NCBI GenBank assembly: GCA_035483075.1
Contig: DATHQG010000280.1
Span: forward strand, 317 to 64,316
Origin: Edaphobacter sp.
GTDB taxonomy: Bacteria > Acidobacteriota > Terriglobia > Terriglobales > Acidobacteriaceae
Length of the DNA stretch: 64,000 nt
Reading direction: 5' to 3'
The translations under genes and the position numbers were made by a program. Below are positions 9,088 through 17,505 of the stretch, piece after piece; position 1 is the stretch's first letter, and each line of letters starts with the position of its first letter. A model generated the notes under the pieces. It ran no database searches, was not told the origin of the DNA, and saw only the letters and a program-made list of their open reading frames with translations.

Positions 9088-9963
9088 TCAGGCGGGTTGG
9101 AGGGTGATAACTGTGATTTCGGGGGGGCAGTTGAGGCGAAAGGGCAATCCTACGGTGCCGATGCCGCGGTTGACGTAGAGCTGCATCTGGTTGAAGCGGT
9201 AGTGGCCCTCGGGGTACTTTTCGCCCAAGGGAGGCAGGATGAGCGGGCCCAGGAAGGGGAGCCTGATCTGGCCTCCGTGGGAGTGGCCAGAGAGCATGAG
9301 GTCGACGAAATGGCCGCGAGGATGGGCGATGACTTCGTCGGCGAAGTCGGGTTCATGCGCCATCAGGATGACGGGGCCGTCGGGATTGGTGGGGAGGGTG
9401 AGGTCGAGGTTGGGGTGGCTGGAACCGGGATCGTCGAGGCCGCAGAGCCAGAGCCGGCCACCGTTGCGCTCGATGGGAAGGTACTGGTTGACCAGCACGG
9501 GAGTGCCATGGGCGGCGAGGGCATGGACCACGGCTGGGCCGTTGAAGGTGACGTCGTGGTTGCCGAGGGCGGCATAGCGGAGTGGCGCGGTGAGGGTGGT
9601 GAGTATCTCGGCGCAGCGGTGGAGGGCGTGTTTGCCGGCGATAAAGGTGAGGGAGCCGTGGGTGATGAAGTCGCCGGTGAGGAGGACGAGGTCGGGGGCC
9701 AGGGTATTGACTTGACGGACGATGCGCTCGAGGAAGAAGGGCTCTGTGTACTCGTCGAGGTGGATGTCGCTGAGCTGGGCAATGCGGTAGCCGTGGAAGG
9801 GCGTGGGCAGATTGGCGATGGCGATGGGGCGGTGGACGATGTCGATTTCGTGACGTGCGATCTCGCCGGCGTAGAGAGCTAAACCTGCGGCAGTGGCGCC
9901 AGAGGCGATGAGGAAGTTTCGCCGGGTGAGACGTGGCGGCTGAGGAGGGGGAATACCAGACAT
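9088..9963 (-). CDS. Metallophosphoesterase (YkuE-like) with Tat-like signal
   Basis: TRRNFL; SDIH, TGDF, LGNHD, AHEPD and GHSHGGQ motifs. Confidence 0.9.
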   Translation of the reverse strand: MSGIPPPQPPRLTRRNFLIASGATAAGLALYAGEIARHEIDIVHRPIAIANLPTPFHGYRIAQLSDIHLDEYTEPFFLERIVRQVNTLAPDLVLLTGDFITHGSLTFIAGKHALHRCAEILTTLTAPLRYAALGNHDVTFNGPAVVHALAAHGTPVLVNQYLPIERNGGRLWLCGLDDPGSSHPNLDLTLPTNPDGPVILMAHEPDFADEVIAHPRGHFVDLMLSGHSHGGQIRLPFLGPLILPPLGEKYPEGHYRFNQMQLYVNRGIGTVGLPFRLNCPPEITVITLQPA

Positions 9964-10039
9964 AAGTCATGATACTGGTTGAGGGCAGTGGAACCAAAGA
10001 AGGGCCAAAGCAAGGCAACAGTTGGGTAGAATCAAAGGG

Positions 10040-11125
10040 ATGAATTTGAGTGTGCGGAAGAGACGAGCAGCGGCGGCTGCGAGGAGGGCCGGTGTGGATG
10101 GGACACTGGTGACACATCTGCCGGATGTCCGGTATCTCTGCGGATTTACTGGGTCAAATGCGGCGCTGGCGTTGGCCGGGGGGCGAGCGGTGTTGTTTAC
10201 CGATGGACGGTATACGGCACAGGCCAAGGCCGAGGCGCAGGGAACGAGGGTCGTGATTGCGAGGAAGCCAGCCGTAGTGGCGGCTTGTGAGTGGATGGAG
10301 GCGGCGAAGGTCCGGCGGTGCGGATTCGATGCTGTGCAGACGACCGTGGCAGGGTTGGAGACGATGCGGAGGACGGTGTCGGCCAAGGTGCGGCGGGGGA
10401 TGTTTGTGCCGGTTGGGCCTTTGGTGGCGAGGTTGCGGGAGGTGAAAGACGCCGACGAGATTGCAAAGATGCGGAGAGCGGCGCGGGTGGGTTGTGAATT
10501 GTTTGAAGGGCTGCTGAGCTATCTGGAAGCGGGGCTGACAGAGGCCGAGGTTGCGGCGACGCTGGAGTATGCGGCGAGGCTGGCCGGGGCGGAGGGGATG
10601 AGCTTCGACACGATTGTGGCTAGTGGGAAGCGGTCGGCGCTGCCGCATGGGCGGGCGACCACGGTGAAGTTGCCGAGGCGGGGGTTCGTGACGCTGGACT
10701 TCGGTGTTATTCTCGACGGATATTGCAGCGATATGACGCGTACTGTGCACATGGGCAAGGCGATGCCGGGTGAGCGGGACGTGTATGATTCTGTGCTGGA
10801 AGCGCAGGAAGCTGCGGTCGCTGCCGTGGCACCGGGAGTGACCGCCGGAGAGGTGGATGAGGCGGCGCGAAGCGTGTTGCGGCGGGTGAAGCTGGACAAG
10901 TACTTCAGCCACTCGACGGGGCATGGAGTTGGGCTGGAGATTCACGAAGGACCAAGGCTTGCGGCGAAACAGAAGCAGGTCTTAGAGCAGGGAATGGTGA
11001 TCACGATCGAACCGGGGGTGTATATGCCGGGGCGGTTTGGGTTGCGCATCGAGGACATGGTGCTGGTGACGGCCAAAGGCGGAGAGGTCCTGACGCCGAG
11101 CGTGAAGGCCTGGATCGAGCTATGA
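10040..11125 (+). CDS. Xaa-Pro aminopeptidase (M24 family)
   Basis: FTDGRY, LDFG, SDMTRT, HSTGHGVGLEIHE, TIEPGVY and RIED motifs. Confidence 0.93.
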   Translation: MNLSVRKRRAAAAARRAGVDGTLVTHLPDVRYLCGFTGSNAALALAGGRAVLFTDGRYTAQAKAEAQGTRVVIARKPAVVAACEWMEAAKVRRCGFDAVQTTVAGLETMRRTVSAKVRRGMFVPVGPLVARLREVKDADEIAKMRRAARVGCELFEGLLSYLEAGLTEAEVAATLEYAARLAGAEGMSFDTIVASGKRSALPHGRATTVKLPRRGFVTLDFGVILDGYCSDMTRTVHMGKAMPGERDVYDSVLEAQEAAVAAVAPGVTAGEVDEAARSVLRRVKLDKYFSHSTGHGVGLEIHEGPRLAAKQKQVLEQGMVITIEPGVYMPGRFGLRIEDMVLVTAKGGEVLTPSVKAWIEL

Positions 11126-11180
11126 CGGCAAGGCCGATGGAATCGAACTACAGGTGTTTTGAGCACCGGGAAGAGACACG

Positions 11181-11672
11181 ATGGACGGAAATAAGTTGGA
11201 GCAGCTTCGCGAACTGGTCGATTTTTTGAAGGCGAACGGTATCGCCGAATTCGACATGGAGCAGGACGACCTGAAGGTGCGGATCAAGTTTGCAGGGGAG
11301 CCTGCAGCAGCGGGCGGGTTGGATATGGCCCAGTTGAGCAGGTTTATGTCCTCGGCGCCGGCGGCCGTTCCAGTGACGGCCGCTGTTCCTGCGAGCGCCG
11401 CCGCTGAGCTTGCGGCGGAGATGGAAGAGAAGCTGCATGAGGTGAAGTCGCCGATTGTGGGGACGTTCTATGAGTCGCCGTCGCCCGGGGCCCCGCCGTT
11501 TGTGAAGATCGGGGACCAGGTTGAGGTGGGACAGGTGCTCTGCATCGTCGAGGCCATGAAGCTGATGAATGAGATTGAGGCGGACGTGGCGGGCGAGGTT
11601 GTGAGGCGGATCGCTTCGAGTGGACAACCGGTGGAGTATGGACAGGCCCTGTTTGCCATCAGGGCGCGATGA
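11181..11672 (+). CDS. accB: Acetyl-CoA carboxylase biotin carboxyl carrier protein
   Basis: EAMKLMNEI biotinylation motif; directly upstream of accC. Confidence 0.96.
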   Translation: MDGNKLEQLRELVDFLKANGIAEFDMEQDDLKVRIKFAGEPAAAGGLDMAQLSRFMSSAPAAVPVTAAVPASAAAELAAEMEEKLHEVKSPIVGTFYESPSPGAPPFVKIGDQVEVGQVLCIVEAMKLMNEIEADVAGEVVRRIASSGQPVEYGQALFAIRAR

Positions 11673-11715
11673 GGAGTGCAACCCGTTTTTGAAATGATTG
11701 ATGTGGAGAGGAAAA

Positions 11716-11754
11716 CCAGATTTCTCCGCTTTGCTGCGCTCCGGTCGAAATGAC
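11716..11754 (+). repeat. Interspersed REP-like repeat, copy 3 (short form)
   Basis: CCAGATTTCTCCGCTTTGCTGCGCTCCGGTCGAAATGAC between accB and accC. Confidence 0.72.
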
Positions 11755-11831
11755 AGCATTTTTAGTAGAGCGCGAGTTGGTTGATTTTGTTGAAATAGCG
11801 GCGACGAGTTTGATGGAAGGCGTCCTGGGAC

Positions 11832-13187
11832 ATGTTTCGTAAGGTTTTGATTGCAAATCGTGGGGAGATTGCTTTGCGCGTGATCAGTGCGTGCAGGGAG
11901 ATGGGCATCCGCACGGTCGCGGTGTACAGCGAGGCGGACCGGAACTCGCTGCATGTGCGGTTTGCGGACGAGGCGATTTGTATTGGGCCTCCTCGATCGG
12001 CCGATAGCTATTTGAATGTGCCGGCGGTGATTTCGGCAGCCGAGATTGCGGACGTGGACGCGATCCATCCGGGGTATGGGTTGCTGAGTGAGAACGCTAA
12101 CTTCGCCGAGGTGTGCCGGGCGTCGAATATCAAGTTCATCGGGCCTCCGCCGGAGGTGACGCGGATGATGGGCGAGAAGTCGACCGCGCGGCAGACGATG
12201 AAGAAGGCGAAGGTGCCGATTCTGCCGGGGTCGGATGGGGTGATCGCGGACGAGAAGGAGGCGCTGCAGTGGGCGAAGGACGTCGGGTATCCGGTGATCT
12301 TGAAGGCAGTGGCGGGTGGCGGCGGGCGCGGGATGCGTATTTGCAGGAACGCTGAGGAGCTGCCTTCGATGTATCAACAGGCTTCAACTGAAGCGGCGAA
12401 TGCGTTTGGGAACGGCGATATGTACATGGAGAAGTTCATCGAGCGGCCTAGGCATATCGAGTTTCAGGTGCTGGCGGATGAGCATGGGAATGTGATGAGC
12501 CTGGGAGAGCGGGAGTGCTCGATCCAGCGACGGCACCAGAAGCTGATTGAAGAGGCGCCGAGCTTGATGGTGACTCCGAAGCTGCGCGAGGAGCTGGGCA
12601 AGACGATCAAGAAGGCGCTCGAGAATATTGGCTATTGGAACGCCGGGACGATTGAGTTCCTGATGGACGAGGACGGGAAGATCTACTTCATCGAGATGAA
12701 TACTCGGATCCAGGTTGAGCATTGTGTAACGGAGATGGTTACAGGAATTGATCTGGTGAAGGCGCAGCTGCGGATTGCCGCAGGGGAGAAGCTGTCGTCG
12801 ATTATTACCAGGCCGGTGGAGATTCGCGGGCACGCGATTGAGTGCCGGATCAATGCCGAGCATCCTGAGAAGTTCACGCCGAGCGCGGGGAAGATTACGG
12901 CGTTCAATCTGCCGGGAGGGAATGGGGTCCGGGTGGATACAGCGCAGTATGCCGAGGGCGTTGTGCCTCCATATTATGATTCGTTGATTGCGAAGCTCAT
13001 CTGCCATGGGGCCGATCGCGTGGAGGCGATGGACAAGATGCAGCGTGCGCTTTCGCAGTTTGTGGTGCAGGGAATTCATACAACGATTCCGCTGCACCAG
13101 AAGATCTTTGCGGATGCGGAGTTTCGGGCGGGGCAGTTCGATACGAAGTTTATGGAGCGGTTCTTCGAGCGGCAGAAGGAGAGCTAG
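11832..13187 (+). CDS. accC: Acetyl-CoA carboxylase biotin carboxylase subunit
   Basis: [31 protein letters not shown] and [10 protein letters not shown] motifs. Confidence 0.97.
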   Translation: MFRKVLIANRGEIALRVISACREMGIRTVAVYSEADRNSLHVRFADEAICIGPPRSADSYLNVPAVISAAEIADVDAIHPGYGLLSENANFAEVCRASNIKFIGPPPEVTRMMGEKSTARQTMKKAKVPILPGSDGVIADEKEALQWAKDVGYPVILKAVAGGGGRGMRICRNAEELPSMYQQASTEAANAFGNGDMYMEKFIERPRHIEFQVLADEHGNVMSLGERECSIQRRHQKLIEEAPSLMVTPKLREELGKTIKKALENIGYWNAGTIEFLMDEDGKIYFIEMNTRIQVEHCVTEMVTGIDLVKAQLRIAAGEKLSSIITRPVEIRGHAIECRINAEHPEKFTPSAGKITAFNLPGGNGVRVDTAQYAEGVVPPYYDSLIAKLICHGADRVEAMDKMQRALSQFVVQGIHTTIPLHQKIFADAEFRAGQFDTKFMERFFERQKES

Positions 13188-13210
13188 TCGGCGAATTAGC
13201 GAGACATCGA

Positions 13211-13855
13211 GTGAGTGAGCCAGTGAATCCACAACTTCCGCGGTTGTATCCGATTGTCGATGAAGGATCGCTTCGTCTGCGTGGGGTCACCTTGGGGCGG
13301 GTCGCCGAGGAGTTGAAGGCGGCGGGGGTGATGCTATTGCAGTATCGCAATAAGGAGGGTGAACCTGACACGATCCTGCGGGACGCTTCGGTGATGTGGG
13401 AGGTATTTGACGGGAGCGATTGCCGTTTGATGATGAACGACCACGCGGACCTGGTGAAACCAGCGGGATTTGGTGGAGTGCATGTGGGGCAAGGGGACTT
13501 GTCGCCCGAGGAGGCCCGGCGTGTGGTTGGGACGAAAAGGTGGGTCGGGATTTCTACGCATAACGACGAGCAGGTGCGGATTGCGAATGGGACGGATGCC
13601 GATTACATCGCCGTGGGGCCGGTGTTTGCTACGGGGACGAAGGTGGATGCGGATCCGGTTATTGGGTTGGAGGGTGTGCGGCGGGCTCGGGCGTTGACGA
13701 AGAAGCCGATTGTGGCGATTGGTGGGATTACGCGGGAGAATGCGCGGAGTGTGATTGATGCCGGGGCGGATTCTGTGGCCGTAATCAGTGCTTTGTTTGT
13801 TGAGGGTGAGACGGTCGGGAAAGTGGTGGGAGACTTTCTCGAAATTTTACGGTAG
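13211..13855 (+). CDS. thiE: Thiamine-phosphate synthase
   Basis: QYRNK, MND, GVHVGQGD, STH, GPVFATGTK and VAIGGI motifs. Confidence 0.9.
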   Translation: MSEPVNPQLPRLYPIVDEGSLRLRGVTLGRVAEELKAAGVMLLQYRNKEGEPDTILRDASVMWEVFDGSDCRLMMNDHADLVKPAGFGGVHVGQGDLSPEEARRVVGTKRWVGISTHNDEQVRIANGTDADYIAVGPVFATGTKVDADPVIGLEGVRRARALTKKPIVAIGGITRENARSVIDAGADSVAVISALFVEGETVGKVVGDFLEILR

Positions 13856-13867
13856 AACAGACGGAAC

Positions 13868-15457
13868 GTGAATTTTGTGAAAACCAAGATGTCGGATGCC
13901 CCTGCTTCGCTACAAGATGACACTCAGTTGAGTTCGACCGCGCCGCAGTTTGTGCGGGGGATGGGGCTGTTTTCGGCTACGGCAATTGTGATGGGCTCGA
14001 TGATTGGGTCGGGCATCTTTATCGTTTCGGCAGAGATGTCGCGCGGGCTCGGTTCGCCTGCGTTGCTGATTGTGGCGTGGCTGGTTACGGCCTCGATGAC
14101 GATCATCGGGGCGCTGAGCTATGGAGAACTGGCAGCGATGATGCCCAAGGCCGGCGGGCAGTATGTCTATCTGCGCGAGGCGCTGGGGCCGCTTTGGGGA
14201 TTTCTTTATGGGTGGACGTTGTTTCTGGTGATCCAGACGGGGACGATTGCGGCGGTGGGGGTCGCGTTCGGCAAGTTTCTTGGGGTGTTCTTTCCGACTG
14301 TGAGTGCGTCGAATTGGATCTGGCATATTGGACATGTTCCGGCGTGGCATGTAGGGCCGATGGTGCTGGGCAATATGGACATTGGGTTGAATACAGCGAA
14401 CCTGTCGGCGATTGTGGTGATCACGTTGCTGACGCTGCTGAATACGATGGGTGTGAAGATGGGCGCGGCGGTGCAGAATGTGTTTACTTCTGCGAAGGTG
14501 CTGGCGTTGGCGGCGGTGGTGCTGGTGGGTTTGGTTGCGAAGAATTCAGTCGCGATTGCGGCGAACTTTGGCGCGGGTTGGCATAATTTTTGGGCGGGTG
14601 CCGGTTGGGGTACGTTGCATGCGGTGCAAGTGGGGGTGGGTGGTCCGACTGCTTATGTTGGGTTGTTGACGATGGTGGCGGTGGTGCAGGTGGGATCGCT
14701 GTTCAGTTCGGATTCGTGGAACAACGTGACGTTTACGGCGGGGGAGATCAGGGACCCGAAGCGGAACATCCCGTTGTCGCTGGTGATTGGGACTGGCGTT
14801 GTGCTGCTGCTCTATGTGCTCTGCAACTTTGTCTATCTGAGTGTGCTGCCGATGGCTGGCGATGCAGCGGCGACGACGATTGTGGGGCGGGGGATCCAGT
14901 TTGCCTCGGAGGACAGGGTCGCTACGGCGGTGATGGAGCAGGCTTTTGCCGGCTCTGGCGCGAAGCTGATGGCCGCGGTCATTTTGATTTCTACATTTGG
15001 TTGCGTGAATGGACTGCTGCTGGCGGGGGCCCGGGTCTATTACGCGATGAGCCGGGACGGGTTGTTCTTCAAGTCGGTCGGTAAGTTGAGTGAGCGGTCG
15101 AAGACTCCGGTGAACTCGCTTTGGGTGCAGTGGGCGTGGACCTGTTTATTGTGCCTGTCGGGCAGCTACGGGCAGCTGCTGGACTATGTGATCTTTGCTG
15201 TGCTGGTCTTTTACATTCTGACGATTACGGGGTTGTTCGTGTTGCGGCGGAGCCGTCCGGATGCTGTGCGGCCTTATAAGGCGCTTGGCTATCCTGTATT
15301 GCCGGGACTATATATCGTGATGGCTCTGTGGATTTGTGTTGTACTCTTGCGGTACAAACCTCAGTACACTTGGCCAGGCCTGACGATCGTTCTGCTGGGT
15401 ATTCCTGTTTACCTGGTTTGGACCCGGATGGGCGCTGCAATAAGGCAAGAGTCGTAA
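13868..15457 (+). CDS. APC family amino acid permease
   Basis: GSMIGSGIF and ELAAMMPKAGGQYVYL; about 12 TM segments; start may be ATG 13889. Confidence 0.9.
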   Translation: MNFVKTKMSDAPASLQDDTQLSSTAPQFVRGMGLFSATAIVMGSMIGSGIFIVSAEMSRGLGSPALLIVAWLVTASMTIIGALSYGELAAMMPKAGGQYVYLREALGPLWGFLYGWTLFLVIQTGTIAAVGVAFGKFLGVFFPTVSASNWIWHIGHVPAWHVGPMVLGNMDIGLNTANLSAIVVITLLTLLNTMGVKMGAAVQNVFTSAKVLALAAVVLVGLVAKNSVAIAANFGAGWHNFWAGAGWGTLHAVQVGVGGPTAYVGLLTMVAVVQVGSLFSSDSWNNVTFTAGEIRDPKRNIPLSLVIGTGVVLLLYVLCNFVYLSVLPMAGDAAATTIVGRGIQFASEDRVATAVMEQAFAGSGAKLMAAVILISTFGCVNGLLLAGARVYYAMSRDGLFFKSVGKLSERSKTPVNSLWVQWAWTCLLCLSGSYGQLLDYVIFAVLVFYILTITGLFVLRRSRPDAVRPYKALGYPVLPGLYIVMALWICVVLLRYKPQYTWPGLTIVLLGIPVYLVWTRMGAAIRQES

Positions 15458-15485
15458 GTTTTAGGAAAGTGGAGAATTTTATTTA

Positions 15486-17042
15486 ATGGCGAATCTGCTG
15501 GCAGTCAAACCTCTTTCTCGTTTGCTGAAGGAGGCGGAGAACGAGGGCGAAAGCGGACTCAAACGTACTCTGGGCCCACTGAATCTGATCACGCTGGGAA
15601 TTGGGGCGATCATCGGCGCAGGAATTTTTGTGCTGACGGGTCAGGCGGCGGCGATCCATGCGGGCCCGGCGGTGGTACTGAGCTTTGTGCTGGCGGGTAT
15701 CACCTGCGCGTTTGCGGGGCTTTGCTATGCGGAGTTCGCTTCGCTGATCCCAATTGCAGGCTCGGCGTACACGTATGGATATGCGACGCTGGGTGAGTTC
15801 GTGGCGTGGATCATTGGGTGGGACCTGGTGCTGGAGTACGCGTTCGGCGCGGCGACCGTGGCTTCGGGGTGGAGCGGGTATTTTGTGGGCTTGTTTGCGG
15901 ACTTCGGGATCCATATTCCACCGCAACTGACGACGACGCCGGGCACGGTCCTTTATCTGTTTCATGATCGATGGATGGAGTTTATGGCGCTGCCCCCTGG
16001 GGTGGACGCCTCCGCGCTGCCGCAGGTTACGGGGTTGTTCAATTTGGTTGCGTTCCTTGCGATTACCGTGGTGACGGCGGTGCTGATCGTGGGGATCCAG
16101 GAGTCGGCGAACCTGAACACTGCGATCGTGATTGTGAAGCTGGGTGTTGTGGGCGTCTTTCTGGTGCTGGGCATCGGATACATCTTGAAGCATCCGGCAC
16201 AGGCGCATGCGAACTGGACCCCGTTTATTCCGCCGAGCGAGGGGCCGGGCAGGTTCGGCCTTAATGGGATTACTGCTGGTGCGGCGTCGATCTTCTTTGC
16301 GTATATCGGGTTCGATGCAGTGTCGACGGCGGCGCAGGAGGCGAAGAACCCGAAGCGGGACATGCCGATCGGGATCCTTGGGTCGCTGGTGGTTTGCACG
16401 GTGCTGTACATTCTGGTGTCGGGTACGCTTACCGGGTTGGTGAACTACCGGGCGTTGAATGTGGGTGATCCGGTCGCGGTGGGAATCGATGTGACGGGCG
16501 TGCGCTGGGGCTCGATTCTGGTGAAGATCGGTGCTGTGTTCGGGCTGGGTACGGTGATGCTGGTGATGCTGCTGGGCCAGTCGCGTGTGTTCTACTCGAT
16601 GTCGCGCGATGGGCTGCTGTGGAAGTGGGCGGGCAAAATTCATCCAAAGTTTCGGACTCCGTGGATCTCTAACATGGTGGTTGGAGCGATTGTTGCGGTC
16701 ATGCCGGCGGTGCTGCCGATCGAAAGGCTGAGTGCGCTGGTGAATATGGGCACGCTGCTGGCGTTCGCGATCGTGTGCGCCGGGGTGTGGATCCTCAGAC
16801 GACGCAATCCACACCTGCATCGGCCGTTCAAAACGCCGTGGGTCCCTGCGGTACCGATCCTGGGCATTATCAGTGCGCTGTATCTGATCTGGTCGCTGCC
16901 CGTACTGACGAAGGTGGTGGTGGTGGTATGGCTGGTGGTGGGATTGTTGATCTATTTCACCTACAGCGTGAAACACAGCAAGGTGCAGAAGGCGCTTCGG
17001 GAGGAAGTTGTTGGGGGTACCCCCCCTATTGCCCGGACGTAA
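15486..17042 (+). CDS. APC family (cationic amino acid-like) permease
   Basis: GAIIGAGIF, AGSAYTY, FFAYIGFDAV and SRDGLL motifs. Confidence 0.92.
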   Translation: MANLLAVKPLSRLLKEAENEGESGLKRTLGPLNLITLGIGAIIGAGIFVLTGQAAAIHAGPAVVLSFVLAGITCAFAGLCYAEFASLIPIAGSAYTYGYATLGEFVAWIIGWDLVLEYAFGAATVASGWSGYFVGLFADFGIHIPPQLTTTPGTVLYLFHDRWMEFMALPPGVDASALPQVTGLFNLVAFLAITVVTAVLIVGIQESANLNTAIVIVKLGVVGVFLVLGIGYILKHPAQAHANWTPFIPPSEGPGRFGLNGITAGAASIFFAYIGFDAVSTAAQEAKNPKRDMPIGILGSLVVCTVLYILVSGTLTGLVNYRALNVGDPVAVGIDVTGVRWGSILVKIGAVFGLGTVMLVMLLGQSRVFYSMSRDGLLWKWAGKIHPKFRTPWISNMVVGAIVAVMPAVLPIERLSALVNMGTLLAFAIVCAGVWILRRRNPHLHRPFKTPWVPAVPILGIISALYLIWSLPVLTKVVVVVWLVVGLLIYFTYSVKHSKVQKALREEVVGGTPPIART

Positions 17043-17300
17043 ATTATCTTCTTTCATGAGTTTACGGGTCGTGTTGGCTTGTAAAATATTCATGACAAAG
17101 GGGTTGCGTCCAAAATATTCCATCTAAACGAGTTAAGCCCCGGCGGGTGCCCGGGGCTTCCTTGTTTTTGATCTATATATCCAGTATAGCGGTTTGAGTG
17201 GAACTAACATGCCACGGGGATGTTGTTGGTGGGAAATGGGTTAAGTGGTTTGGGGGCTTGACATGTGATTTTTGGGCAGAAAACGCAAAAAAATTAAACG
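17013..17300. other. AT-rich non-coding element: GGGGGTACCCCC palindrome, three ~27-bp related motifs and a hairpin
   Basis: Motifs at 17039-17065, 17081-17107 and 17110-17136; overlaps the last codons of the permease. Confidence 0.5.
17135..17170 (+). terminator. Intrinsic terminator
   Basis: AAGCCCCGG-N7-CCGGGGCTT perfect 9-bp stem followed by CCTTGTTTTT. Confidence 0.75.
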
Positions 17301-17438
17301 CGAGGGCAAAAAGAGATCCCTTCGGTACGACGGCAAGAGAGGCAAGAACAACTTCTCTGCGCAACTGCAATTGCAAAAACTGCAGAGGGAAAAGCGAAAT
17401 GCGGGGGTCTCTCAATGGCCGCAAAAGCAACGACAACC

Positions 17439-17458
17439 GCAGATCCCTCCGGGATGAC
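17439..17458 (+). repeat. Minimal REP-like repeat (GCAGATCCCTCCGGGATGAC)
   Basis: Same GCAGAT...ATGAC termini as copies 1-3, with ATCCC/GGGAT arms; degenerate relative near 17312-17332. Confidence 0.5.
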
Positions 17459-17505
17459 AACAAAAAAAGCAAAGGCGAGAGCAGCGGCAATTGGCGGCTG
17501 TTGGG

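Noticed and set aside
17013-17160. CRISPR array or chromosomal dif site
   Set aside because: There are only three degenerate units with gaps of about 15 and 2 bp, no cas genes, and no match to XerC/XerD consensus arms.
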